Counted from the stretch's first letter, positions 38,513 to 51,260 are shown. The stretch is DNA of 64,000 bases from Okamejei kenojei (GCA_035221665.1 CM069153.1:24924001-24988000); one strand, 5' to 3'. Translations and numbers: made by a program. Notes: a model not told the origin generated them from the sequence alone.

Positions 38513-41500
38513 GGAAAACTGATGATGTTGTGAAGCTAACAATCAGCACTAAACAACCCAATTCCGGACATCGTTTGGCCCTGGATCCACAACCTCTTCT
38601 GGTTGGGTGAGGGAGTGTGGGCAGGGAGTGGGGATGGGGTTGGGGAGGGTGGGTTTGGGGCATGGAAAGTCTACTTTTGCGAGCCTGGGTTTAGTATGCA
38701 CATTACCCTTGCTTTCATTATTTTGTTTGATCCCAAAAACATATCAACACAAATACTTGAATCAAGCAGGCCAATAATGAAATGTGAAAACCGTCTAATT
38801 TACACTTCTGATGTGTTGTCATCACAAATAGGCTCAAACAAAAAAAGTTTATTGTGTGTGTATGTGTGATGGTGCAGATGTATGCATCTATTTGTGTGAG
38901 TGTGTATGAAATCAGTGTGTTTTGTTTCTTTATACAGTATATGCTTTTATTTGCTCGTTGGTCAAATTATTAGCTTCTAACTTTGCACTGAGTGTCTGCA
39001 GCCCCTCCAGCTAATCTTACAAAGGGGGCCAGCAGCAATTCACGTGTAAATGTTTACTCAAGGACACTCTTAACAGTGTGTGCTCTGGAGATGATGTGTA
39101 TACCTACCTTTAGTGGCTTTTTTGTGGACTAATGCAAGAGAATTATTACAGGAGTATTGCACCAGTTTTCTTTCAGAGTATAAAAATAAAATAAAAATGC
39201 TCTAGTTGAACTGTGGCCATAGCTACACAATAGAGTGGACCCATCCTGCAAGCAGGTTTGGGAAGCACTTGGACTGGATATTTTTGTGACTGATTTAGAG
39301 GTGCCTATGTTTGGTAACCTCCTGTTTACAAACTTTGCAGAACTTTAAAAAAAAAAGGAAAAAAAAAAAGAAAAAAGGACAATTACTCTTCCATCAAAAC
39401 CTATTTTCAGAATGAAGATGTGCTACTTCAGAACTCTGGGAATGAAGTGTTTTTTTTGGCCATTGTTGTGTATTTTTTCCTTTGTAAATTTTTGCTCACT
39501 TTCTTGCACACAGTGGATAACGTCTCAGGAAGGCCTGAATTTTCTGGGGAGCTACTCCACGCCATTTCATGTATTTTAACCCAACTTCTAGCACTGAAGA
39601 AAAAGAAAATACCTGTTTATTCTGTAGCAGTTACTTATTTACCAAATAATGGACACAACAATGTTTGAAGAGTGCTTTATGAAATGCTTTATGTTTTAAA
39701 AAGAAATCAATGCTTTTGATTGTGTTAAAGACAATTGACTAACATACTGTAAAGTATGTTGCTGTATAAACCCTCCTTGTCCCAGCCTGCTTGGATCAGG
39801 TGACTTGTGCATTATCTTTGAATAGGTTTTTATTGGTTTTATCAAGCTGTTATTGGCAAGAAAAACGCTGGTTTTAAAGTGGATCATGAACTATGCACAA
39901 ATGGGTTCAAGATTTTAGTTTTTTCTGAGTTATAGTAGAGTGTATTTACTTGTTTCTTCTCGAAGGTATTTTGCATCTCATTGCCATTATGTATATTCCA
40001 AGCCGAAAATAGTCTTGAGTTGTAGAAAAAAGCCTGACTTTAAAAGATTTTCGGGGGGTGGGGGGGGAAAGTGGGAGTGAAAGTCTGTGTCTGTTTCATT
40101 TTTGCCTTTGAATTACAAATGTTGGTAATCCAAATTTTTTTTTAAAGAAAGTTGGTGGCTTTTAACAATTTCTTTTCCTCATAGAATGTGATTGTAAAAA
40201 AAGAAATATGCACAGCAAATTGTTTTCTTGAACTATTGGGCTTCTTTAGAACTATGAATTGCAGTTTTCCCCTGGGAATTGAACAAGATCATTAAAGCAT
40301 TATTCATTTGAGATGAAGGATATTTTTTATTCACTTACGCTGAGTGAATCCTAAAGACTCAGTGCATTGTGGTGAAGCTGCTTACCCACTCCATTCACTG
40401 TTTACTATGAAATTAGCAGATTACCCCATGGTGGATTGCACTAAGTGGATAGTCTCGGTTTAAAGATGACCCCATCAAATCTACAAAGATGTTGTTCTGT
40501 CGAGATATCTCTAAAACATTAAATGTTGAAAACTTAAAACCATGTCGGAAACTAACCTCAAGCAATTCTATGATAGCATGTAAATTTTTTTTCAAAATAT
40601 ATGCTGTATTGTGCATCTTTTGGTGAGATCCCCAAATGAATCAGTGAACCATTCCATGAGTTTGATAACCTGGTCTGGCACCAGTGAAAATGTGTGTGTG
40701 TATATTTTGTTGGGAATTTAAGACCACCCACTGGTTTATCAAATGCTGCCTCCACAAGAGCCTGTGAATACATGGAATTATTTAATTTGTAATTACAAAT
40801 TGACACCAGCATTCCAAATTGGTGTAATCAGATTTGAAGTGTAGCTCCACTCCCAAATTCTGACTTGTTAGTGGAAGTCTTATCGAAGAGATATTTTTCT
40901 GCCCCTCCTTTTTGGGGGGAAAAATGTGGTAACAGTTTATTTCCGATTTCAGTACATATTGTGGAATCTTGCCTGTACTAAACTGGCAAATGAATCTTGG
41001 AGGTTTTCTCGCATCTGAACGTGTATTGAATAATTAGACTGCACTGTACAAATGACAGGCTTCTGTATATAATCTACTAGAGTTCAAATTCAGTTACAGA
41101 AATGTTATGTCAAAGCACTGTTGTAAACTGAAACACAGAACTAGTTTCGGGTAATAAAAATGTTCAGTGTGGGAGCTGAGAGAACACATGCCATAACCCC
41201 TTCCCACGCGTAGTTTTGTTTTCGTTAAGAAATGGAATGGTTTTTTTTAAAAAAAACTCTCCAAGCTTTACTTTGAGATAGCAAAGCACAACTAGCCACA
41301 TTGAATGCAAAACAAAAAAAAAAATTAAAAGCGCAAGGGTTTTTCAGGTGAAATGTTTAAATGTGATGCATTTGAAATTAAAGTTTGATTTGGGTTAACC
41401 ATCGTAAGTAAAGACGTTTGACCGTTTGTTTACTTTAATGGACTATTTTCCCTTTCCGTGATCCTTTGTACCAGAAACAAGGGGCAGAACTGACACAAGC

Positions 41501-41670
41501 CCAAACGTTGAAAAAGTTGTGGCAAGCATTGTGCGCATATGTTGTTCATCGGATATTCATCCAAATCAAGTTTTCACCTTGTAATGTTTAAAATACATTT
41601 TTTTGTTTTTGCTGTTACAATATGTATTATTGAGTCAACAATGAATAAAAGATTATGCCTCCATTGGGTG
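38513..41670 (+). other. TNRC6C: TNRC6C 3'UTR (~3.1 kb; end inferred)
   Basis: Follows the stop codon. AU-rich with no recognisable transposon. Ends after AATAAA at 41644-41649, which has a GT/T-rich downstream element. Confidence 0.65.
41644..41649 (+). terminator. Probable polyadenylation signal of TNRC6C
   Basis: AATAAA with an upstream TGTA-containing U-rich tract and downstream GGGTGTTTCTCTT. Confidence 0.6.
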
Positions 41671-42392
41671 TTTCTCTTCAATCTATAATACCATTACTTA
41701 CTTCCACTATTAAACATTGGATTTCATGACAATCTTTTCAGGGATGCAAGATTGGAAATGGAGATTCATTTTATTCCATTCTATTCCAGGTTCAGTTTAT
41801 AGTAAACTTAAAGAGCATTTTGTCAGATGCACTGTAAAGATAGATGTGCCTTTGTTAAAAGCAAATGGTTTGTCTTATTGCCCAAATAAGCATCCCCTGT
41901 CCTGACATGAATCCATTTAAAATCTCATTTATACATTCAAGTAAGCAATGTTTGTATTTGCAGATCAAAGTGGGCTTTTGAATGAAAGATTATTACACTT
42001 ATAATTCGTGTCGCACAACAGGATTATTGTTGTAAATAGGAAGTGAAATGGTAATTGTATGAGTGGTGGTGTTGAACAAAGGTTATGCTTTATTAGAAAT
42101 CAGAATAGTTCTTAATGGAATTAACAGCCCCTAAACAAGGCTGGTGGTGCTGTTTTGTCATTCCTTGGACTGGAGCACGGTATTTGTTTTTCTTTCTCAC
42201 TAGATATGCAGATAACATTGAGGTAGTGGAGGGTATGTACAGTATCAGTTTTGTTTCTGGAGGGAAGAATGGTTAAAGCTGTTAACTAATTATTACAATT
42301 ATGAGAACTAAATCCATGAATTTTTGCAGTAGATTCAGGTAGGTGAGGAAAAGTAATTACAGAAGGTGGTTACATTGAAGGCAATAAAACAG

Positions 42393-43495
42393 TCAGAGTA
42401 TTGAGTTTAGAAGTTGGGAGGTCATGTTGCAGTTGTATAAGACCGCATTTAGAATATGGCTCAGCACTTCAACTCCCCCTCCCATTCCGTATCCGACCTC
42501 TCGGTCCTGGGCCTCCTCCACGGCCAGAGTGAGCAACACCGCAAGTTGGAGGAACAGCACCTCATATTCCGTTTGGGGAGTCTGCATCCTTTGGGCTTGA
42601 ACATTGAATTTTCTCAATTCTGTTAACCCTTGCTGTCTCCTCCCGTTCCCACCTCTCCCTCAGCCCTCGGGCCCTGGCATTCCCTCTATCTCTAACTCCC
42701 TCCCCCACCCTAGTCGCACCAGCTTCTCATTTTCACACCACAAACAGCTTACAATGGCTTGTTCCCTGTGTCATCGATATTTTTTTGCATATCTTTCATT
42801 CATTATTCTTTATCTCTCCACATCACCGTCTATATCTCTCGTTTCCCTGATCCCTGACCAGTCTGAAGGAGGGTCTCAACCCGAAACGTCACCTATCTCC
42901 TTCGCTCCTTAAATGTTACTGCACCCGCTGAGTTTCTCCATCTTTTGTGTAACCCTTTAGAATATTGTGTTCAGTTTTGGGCACCATGTTATAGGAAAGA
43001 TATTGTCCAGCTTGAAAGGGTTCAGAAGAGATTTACGAGGATGTTGCCAGGATTAAAGGGTGTGAGCTATAGGGAGAGGTTAAGTAGGCTGTGTCCTCTA
43101 TTCCATGAAGCATCGGGGAGATCTTATGGAGGTATATAAAATCATGAGAGGAATAGATTGGGTAGATGCACAGAGTATTTTACCCAGTGTAGGGGAATCG
43201 AGGACTAGAGCACATAGGTTCAAGGTGAAGGGGAAAATATTTAATAAGAATCCGAGGGGTAACTTTTTCACACAGAGGGTGGTGGGTGTATGGAACAAGC
43301 TGCCTGAGGAGGTAGTTGAGGCTGGGACTATCCCATCGTTTAAGAAACAGTTGGACAGTTACATGGATAGGACAGGTTTGGAGGGTTATGGACCAAGCGC
43401 AGGCAAGTGGAACTAGGGTAGCTGGATCATTGTTGGCCGGTGTGGACGAGTTGGGCCGAAGGGCCTGTTTCCACACTGTATCACTCTATGACTCT
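42393..43495 (+). mobile_element. CR1-like LINE 3' fragment interrupted by a Penelope insertion
   Basis: EVMLQLYK..PHLEY | LEYCVQFWAP...ERVQKRFTRMLPG...RGNFFTQRVVGVWNKLP; tail GGGCCGAAGGGCCTGTTTCC. Confidence 0.88.
42458..42955 (+). mobile_element. Penelope-like element 3' fragment: GIY-YIG endonuclease C-terminus plus 3' repeat with hammerhead-like motif
   Basis: Translates QHFNSPSHSVSDLSVLGLLHGQSEQHRKLEEQHLIFRLGSLHPLGLNIEFSQF; TSD TTTAGAATAT at 42448-42457 and 42956-42965. Confidence 0.85.
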
Positions 43496-45340
43496 AATAG
43501 GACCAGCTTAGGGGTGCATTTAGAATTGAAGTGGCGCCATGCCCATGTGGTTGTCTTGATGTAAATATTTGGATTTGGCATAACACAATTAGATTTAAGG
43601 AAGTTAGTAAAATACAACATCTCCCATCTTCATAATACTGTGTGTGCTTTGTTAAAATATTAAGTGCGATGTTCAAATTTTATTACTTAAATGTAATTAA
43701 AATATCAGTTGTATTTAATTAAAGAGCTGCATTAAAGTTGGACACTAAAACCTTAAGATATGCAACCTCAATGTAGCACAGCCATCAAAAATCATACTGT
43801 CGCACAGTTGCTAGTTATGATGGTTTTGTGAGTTTGCTTATTGTAGTGCATTTATACTGATATTTTGAAATATCAAAATGCATGAGCATGTATAAATATT
43901 AGAATGTTGGAATTATTTGAACAAAAACTAGTAGGTCAATTTCAGCTTTATTCAGGTAAGAGGTATTGTTTTCATGGAGCAATGTTTATGTATATGAATA
44001 ATTAATGCATGTGAGTACGTACGTCCAAAATGGATCACCATTTAAACTTTGAACCAAAATGTTGTTCTGCAGTTTAAAAATTCATGTAGAAAATAATTGC
44101 AGATAAATTGTGAAACTATTTTCCTTATTCGATTCTTGAATTATATAAATAAAGATTGGTGCAGTAAAATGCTTCTGCCAGAATAGGCGATTTCTCCAAT
44201 TTAATACCAGCAATGCCTCATGAGACATTAATGCTATATAATAGACTAATTATGGGTAGATATGTACTGTTTTCTATAAATTACAAGTATATTTGTAAAA
44301 GTCAGATCTGTAATGAATCTTTTATTCGTTATATCAATGAGATTTAATTCAGTCAATATAGTGGGATTTAAAATTGTACACTGTGGATCATTTTTTAAAA
44401 GCAAAACTGATTAGTGCTCTGTAAACTATCTTTTAAGGCTAATAAGCATGTAAAATTAATCACTTAAATATAACTGGCAAAATGACTTTAAAAAAAAATG
44501 CAGTTGCTATCAGTTGAATTCTGAACGAGCCATATTTTAAATTGAGCTGATTCAGAAACTATTCTTATTTCCATTGTTAAATCAGAAATATATCTTACCT
44601 CAATGGCAAGGGAATTAGGAAATTAATATTAACAGGATTATTCAACAATAAGTTCAAGGCACTCTGAAAAGTTAAATAATTAAGATGCATAACGTTTGAG
44701 ATGCAATTTAACGAGTCTTAGTGATTTGGCTATCGAGGGATTTAAAAAACCCATTTTACTTACAAAAGTGGATGATATTACACAGATTTAATGATATAAA
44801 AATTAACTGGAGTAGCTTCAGAAATACATAAACAAGCAGTGAACGTAATCCCCCAACTGGGAGATGCTCATTAGAGGAATAACTACAGCAGATATTAAAT
44901 TATTTTGTTTTAAATGTGGTTAGTCATTGAATTAAACAAACATCTCATTGAAAAACAGCGAACTTAAAATTGATACTAATTTTTTCAAAGCTTTTCAATG
45001 CCGATTGTTATATTGATGCAATTTTAATTGAAGAGGGTGATTTTGGACACCAATGTTTAAATATTGCAGGTTACAACTGTTGGAAATGCGGGTTTTTTTT
45101 ATCCTTCAAACTTTGATCAATTTACATCAAATATATCACCTTATTAATAATTTTATAACGTTCCTTTTCACAAGCAGCTCCCTTGTCATTTTGTTTTTGC
45201 TTAGGACTGATTTGGTGACACAAATGGACATGAGTGTAGTACATCTGGTAAGTTTCCCACTAAAAATGTATAAATTACTTTCTTGTGGGAAGTCCCAAAT
45301 AATATGCCCGCCACTTTAGCAATTAATTTTTTTAATATTT

Positions 45341-45625
45341 TGGCACGGTGCCGCAGCTGTAGAGTCTTACAGCGCTTGCAGCTTTGGAGACCCAGGTTCG
45401 ATCCCAATTAAGGGTGCTGTTTGTACGGAGTTTGTATCTTCTCCCCATGGCCACGTGGGTTTTCTCTGTGATCTTCGATTTCCTCCCACACTCCAAAGAC
45501 GTTCAGTTCTGTACATTTATTGGCTTGGCATAAATGTACATTGTCCCTAGTATGTGAAAGATTGTGTTAATGTGCGGGGATCTCTGGTCGGTGCAGACTC
45601 GGTGGGCCGAAGGGCCTCTTCCTCT
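45341..45625 (+). mobile_element. tRNA-derived SINE (HE1/V-SINE-like)
   Basis: GGCACGGTGCCGCAGC...GGTTCGATCC B box, GTGGGTTTTCTC..TTTCCTCCCACACTCCAAAGAC core, GGGCCGAAGGGCCT tail. Confidence 0.85.
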
Positions 45626-47023
45626 AAACTAATGTTTTTTTACTTTATGAAAGACCAGTTCATAACAATCATTCAATATGTATTTGTTACAATACAAGAA
45701 ACATTGAAGTTTGTCGCTTTTAGGACTAATGTGTAGGAAATTTTGAAAGGTAGTTTTGTTGAATTGTATGACAATTAATAAATTGTATTCAGACTATTTT
45801 CCAGTGCAGTATCCAGTGGTATTTATTTCTCATCAACACAGTTTAAATGAAATAAATATCATGGGCAATCCAACTTCACTCTACAAATAAATGTATCCCT
45901 CTGTGAAATTATTTTTTCCCAGCTTACAAAACCATCCTACAGACTCGAAAGTACTATAAATTTATGAACTGGTAATGTAACACGTGCAAAATGCAACCTA
46001 TTACAACCTTCTTTGAAAGTTGGTTTAACTGACGGGTCCCAAACATAATATTTTGAAACAATAAACATTTCCTAGTGAAAATTTATCAATGGATAATTGC
46101 ATTCAGCAACTGTACAAAAGGAGTAGACAGTATTCATTGTCAATATTCTTGCGATTGTCCAGTCAGTTTTCCTAAACTATAAATGTAGAATTTAGCAAAG
46201 CTAGGTGATAGTGTGAGTATGAGAAGAATGCAGAGAGTCCACAAGACAATATTGGCAAGTTACATAATTGGGAAAGACATGGAATTTAACATTGAGAATT
46301 ATAATGTCATCCATTATGGTGGAAAAAACAAAGTATTTTTGGTTAAATTAAAATTTGTTCTTCAGAAAAACCTTGATGACCCTTTCATTGAAAGTTAAAT
46401 GTGAATGTAGAGCTGAAAATGAGGAAGGCAAACAATATGTCCAAAGATAGACACAAAAAGCTGGAGTAACTCAGCGGGTCAGACAGCATTTCTGGAGAAA
46501 TGGAATAGGTGACGTTTCGGGGTCAAAACCCTTCTTCAAACTGAGAGTCAGGGAAATGAGATATAGACGTTGATGTAATAGAACAAATGAATGAAAGATA
46601 TGCAAAAAAGGAATGATGATAAAGGAAACAGGCTATTAGCTGTATGCTAGGTGAAAACGAGTTACATACAAAGTCTCAACACGATGACTTTGAAGCTAGT
46701 ACAACAGCTTGGGTGTGGGAGGGGTGGAGAGAGGGGATGCAAGGGCTACTTGAAGTTAAAGAAATCAATATGCTGCTGGGTTGTCAGTTGCCCAAGCAAA
46801 ATATGAGGTGCTGTACCTCCAATTTCATTTGGCCTCACTCTGACAATGGAAGTATGAGGCCAAATGCAAATTAGAGGAACAGCACCTCATATTTTGCTTG
46901 GCTTGGGCAGCTTATAACCCTGTGGCATCAATTTAATATCTCTAACTATCGGTAACCCTTGCATCCCCTCTCCATTCCTTCCCAAGTCGTTGTACTAACT
47001 TCAAAGTCGTCTCGTTGAATCTC

Positions 47024-49033
47024 AAGAAAGATTCTAAGGGGAGTAGGAGGCAACCGTGGCTGACGAGATAAGTTAGGGATAGAATAAAATTTAAAGAAAA
47101 GATGTATAACACAGCGAAGAGTAGTTGGCAGCCAGAGGATTGGGAAACTATCATAGAACAACAGGAGGAAACAATACGGGCTGAAAAGATGAAGTACGAG
47201 GGGAAGCTGGCCAGGAATATAAAGAAGGACAGTAAAAGCTTCTTTAGATATGTGAAGGGAAAAAGAGTAGCAAAATCAGATGTGGGTCCCTTGAAGGCAG
47301 ACACGGGTGAAATTATTATGGGGAACAAGGAAATGGCAATGGAGTTGAACAGGTACTTTGAATCTGTCTTCACTAAGGAAGACACAAACAATCTCCCAGA
47401 AGTACTGGAGGACAGGATCAAAGGGGGTAGAGGAGCTGAAATAAATTATCATTAGGCGAGAAATAGTATTGGTTAGGCTAATGGGACTGAATCCCCTGGG
47501 CCTGATGGTCTGCATCCCAGGGTCCTCAGGGAGGTGGCTCTAGAAATAGTGGATGCACTGGTGATCATTTTCCAATGTTCAATAGATTCAGGATCAGTTC
47601 CTGTGGATTGGAGGATAGCTAATGTTATCCCACTTTTCAAGAAAGGAGCAAGAGAGAAAACGGGGAATTACAGACCAGTTAGCCTGACTTTGGTGGTGGG
47701 AAAGATGCTGGAGTCAATCATTGAAAAGGTAATAATGGGGCTTTTGGATAGCAGTAAAATGATTAATCCAAGTCAGCATGGATTTATGAAAGGGAAATCA
47801 TGCTTGACTAATCTTCTGGAATTTTCTGAGTATGCGACAAGCAAAATGGATGAAGGGGAGCCAGTGGATGTAGTGTATCTAGACTTTCAGAAAGCCTTTG
47901 ATAAGGTCCTGCATGGGAGACTGGTGACTAAAATTAGAACACAAGGTATTGGGGGTAGGGTGTTGACGTGGATAGAAAATTGGTTGGCAGACAGGAAGCA
48001 AAGAGTAGGAGTGAACGGGTCCTTTTTGGAATGGCAGGCAGTGGCGAGTGGAGTGCCGCAAGGCTCGGTGTTGGGGCCGCAACTGTTTATCATATATATT
48101 AATGATTTGGAAGAGGGAATTAGGAGCAACACTAGCAAGTTTGCAGATGACACAAAACTGGGTGGCAGTGTGAACTGTGAAGATGTTAGGAGGTTGGAGG
48201 GTGACATGGACAGGTCGAGTGTGTGAGCAGATGTGTGGCAGATGCAGTATAATATAGATAAATGTGAGGTTATCCACTTTGGTGGCAAAAACAAGGGGGC
48301 AGATTATTATCTCAATGGGGTTAGGTAAGGTGGAGGTACAGCGAGACCTGGGTGTCCTTGTACACCGGTCACTGAAAGTTGGCGTGCAGGTACAGCAGGC
48401 AGTGAAGAAAGCTAATGGAATGTTGGCCTTCATAAGAGGATTTCAGTATAGGAGTAGAGAGGTTCTTCTGCAGTTGTATAGGGCTTTGGTACAACCACAT
48501 CTGGAGTATTGTGTACAGTTTTGGTCTCCTAATTTGAGAAAGGACATCCTTGTGATTGAGGCAGTGCAGCATAGGTTCACAAGATTGATCCCTGGGATGG
48601 TTGTCATATGAGGAAAGATTGAAAAGGCCATGCTTGTATTCACTGGAGTTTAGAAGGATGAGGGGGAATCTTAGAGAAACATAAAATTATAAAAGGACTG
48701 GAAAAGCTAGATGCAGGAAAAATGTTCCCAATGGTGGGCAAGTCCAGAACCAGGGGCCACAGTCTTAGAATAAAGGGGAGGCCATTTAAGACTGAGGTGA
48801 GAAAAACTTTTTCACCCAGAGAGTTGTGAATTTGTGGAATTCCCTGCCACAGAGGGCAGTGGAGGCCCAATCACTGGATGGATTTAAGAGAGAGATAGAG
48901 CTCTAGGGGCTGGTGATATGGGGAGAAGGCAGGAACGTGTTATTGATTTTGGACGATCAGCCATGATCACAATGAATGGCGGTGCTGGCTCAAAGGGCCG
49001 AATGGCTTCCTCCTGCACCTATTTTCTGTTTCT
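47024..49033 (+). mobile_element. CR1/HER1-like LINE, 5'-truncated (~2 kb), RT with frameshifts
   Basis: NYRPVSLT, QHGFMKGKSCLTNLLEF, YLDFQKAFDKV, SGVPQGSVLGP, FADD; 3' tail matches 20975-21300. Confidence 0.93.
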
Positions 49034-49210
49034 AACCCGTTCTCACCTAACCCACAGCTAACTATGACCTGTTTCCTATATAATTGTCCCTTTTTTAAGT
49101 ATCTTTTATTAATTTGATCTATATCACCATCTATATCTCAAGTTTCCCTTTCCCCTGACTCTCAGTCTGAAGAGAGGTTTTGACCCTAAACGTCACCTAT
49201 TCCTTTGCTC

Positions 49211-49352
49211 TTATGGCTAAGGGAATCGAGGGATATGGGGGGAAAAGCCGGAACGGGGTACTGATTTTGGATGATCAGCCATGAACATATTGAATGGCAG
49301 TGCTGGCTCAAAGGGCCAAATGGCCTACTCCTGCACTTATTTTCTATGTTTA
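49211..49352 (+). mobile_element. CR1 3' tail fragment inserted in the Penelope arm
   Basis: GGCTAAGGGAATCGAGGGATATGG...GGCCTACTCCTGCACTTATTTTCTATGTT. Confidence 0.75.
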
Positions 49353-49629
49353 CAAAGATGTTGTCTGACCCGCTGAGTTACTCCAGCTTTTTGTGTCTAT
49401 CTTTGCTTTAAACTGGCATCTGCAGTTCCTCCCTACACAAATAATATGTCCACCTTTTTCTGTAAGGGTGAGTACAAATATCATATTCCAAGGACAGAGG
49501 ACCCCCAGTGAGACTACATCTGTCTTTTCCCCCTACATAATAGAGGCATTGCATTGAATGTTCACCAGATTCATTCTTGGGAAGGTGCATTTGTCATAGG
49601 AGACTACTTTAGGAAGACTGGGACTACAC

Positions 49630-49631
<2 letters not shown>

Positions 49632-49666
<35 letters not shown>

Positions 49667-49680
49667 AGAAGAAGAAGAAG
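49632..49680. repeat. Compound microsatellite (GA)n(GAA)n
   Basis: Read directly from the sequence. Confidence 0.95.
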
Positions 49681-51260
49681 AGCAAGAAACAAACAGCTAG
49701 AGGAACGCCGCAGGTCAGACATAATCTATGGAGAAAAGTGGACACAAGACATTTCACTCCACCGATGATGTGTGACCCGCTAAATCCTTCCAGTTTTTTG
49801 CACTAGATCCTGGAATCTGTCATTAAAATAATGAAATTTGCAATCTTCTGGGCCCAGATGTGGAGTCAACTTTTTCCATCCCTTGGATATCTAGGACCAG
49901 GAGTTATGGTCTCAGAAATAAGAGATTGCTACTCAAGACTGAACGTGAAGCCATTTAATCCTGAGAACAGTAAATCTTTGAAAATTTCCTTGCAAGTGTC
50001 TAATTCAAAAGGATGCAATTCCTCTGTACTAAGTCGGGGGAAAACGTGGATGCCATTTCACTGGGAGTCTATGCTTGGAACACGATGTATCTACTCTTGC
50101 ACTCAAATAACCTTTCAGAAGTCAAACATAATTTGCTGCCTTACATTCACTTTAGCTTTCAATGAAAGAGTCACCAAGGTTTTCCTGAAGAACAACTATC
50201 AATCTCTAAAACTTTGTATTTTCTCTACCATAATACACATAATTCTCAATATTACATCCCATATCTTTGCCTATTCACATCACTTGCCTATATTATTTTG
50301 CAGACTCTACATTCTCCTTGTAGCCCACACTGCCACCCAGCTTTGTACAGGGGACATTCAATTCTACACCTTGAAGATTAGAAAAATGATAATAGTTTCA
50401 GTCACAAATACACTGACAATGAATATAGGCCACTCCTTTTTTACAGTTGTAGAATGCAGTTACCCATTTACCAAGGGATTTTTGGTTTCTAATTATAGTC
50501 AAGCCAGATATCGATAGATTTTTAGCTATGAAGGGAATCCATTGATTTGCAATTAGTGTAGGAAAGTGCAGGCTGGGGGGACATGTAGATGGGACATGTT
50601 GGTCAGTGTGGGCAGGTTGGGCCGAAGGGCCTATTTCCTCACTGTATGACTGCGGAAACCATTTAAATGCCCATTGTCAGTGAGCTATTCTCCACTTCCT
50701 TGCAATCAGTAATATTGCTTCATTCTCCAAGTCATTCCCTCAACTTGTGATACTACTTGACAAACATAGGACAATATGAATGAGTTGTTTATTTTTGTGA
50801 AACCTGTTCCTAAAATTCTTGCAGTCGTTAGTTGCAACAGTCTCTATTTTCGATGTTAATTTTGTAAGTGGGTATGGTGAAGAGGCATAAACCTAACTAA
50901 AGGAATTTGATTTTTAAATGTTAATTGACTCGAATGACATTCCTGCCATTTTAGTCAGTTGTGCAAATCAATCCCCAGTCCAGCATTCAGATTGTTCCCC
51001 AGTCAGATGGTGTACTGCAATAATTGGATCTTATCCTGAACATTTGATAGGTGTATGTTTTTTTTTCCAATCCCTGGTTTAATTTTCTTGTCTTAATTCA
51101 AAAGGGACTAATTATGGATTTTGGTTTCATTGGTATTATCGAGCACTTGCTGTGAACGACAAGGCCTTTGTTTGTTTAAACAAAAGCGCTGCGTGGTAGT
51201 GGAGGCAGATACGACAATGGCGATAAAGATCCTTTTAGATAGCCACATTGATATGTAAGG

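Larger units (their letters stand above)
46444..49437. mobile_element. Large Penelope fold-back: inverted arm 46444-46850; direct arm 46852-47023 + 49035-49210 + 49353-49437, split by two CR1 insertions
   Basis: The arms are reverse complements and both carry the KLEEQHLIF GIY-YIG end. Flanking direct repeat CAAAYAATATGTCCA at 46429-46443 and 49438-49452. Confidence 0.8.

Noticed and set aside
38510-38533. Stop-codon readthrough of TNRC6C
   Set aside because: The context is TAG-G rather than a known leaky motif, and another stop follows after six codons.
39101-39110. let-7 site (TACCTACCTT)
   Set aside because: Lacks the full CTACCTC/TACCTCA seed match.
49831-50517. 228-aa ORF downstream of the gene
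   Set aside because: No recognisable motif, composition typical of translated AT-rich DNA, and overlap with decayed CR1-like sequence.
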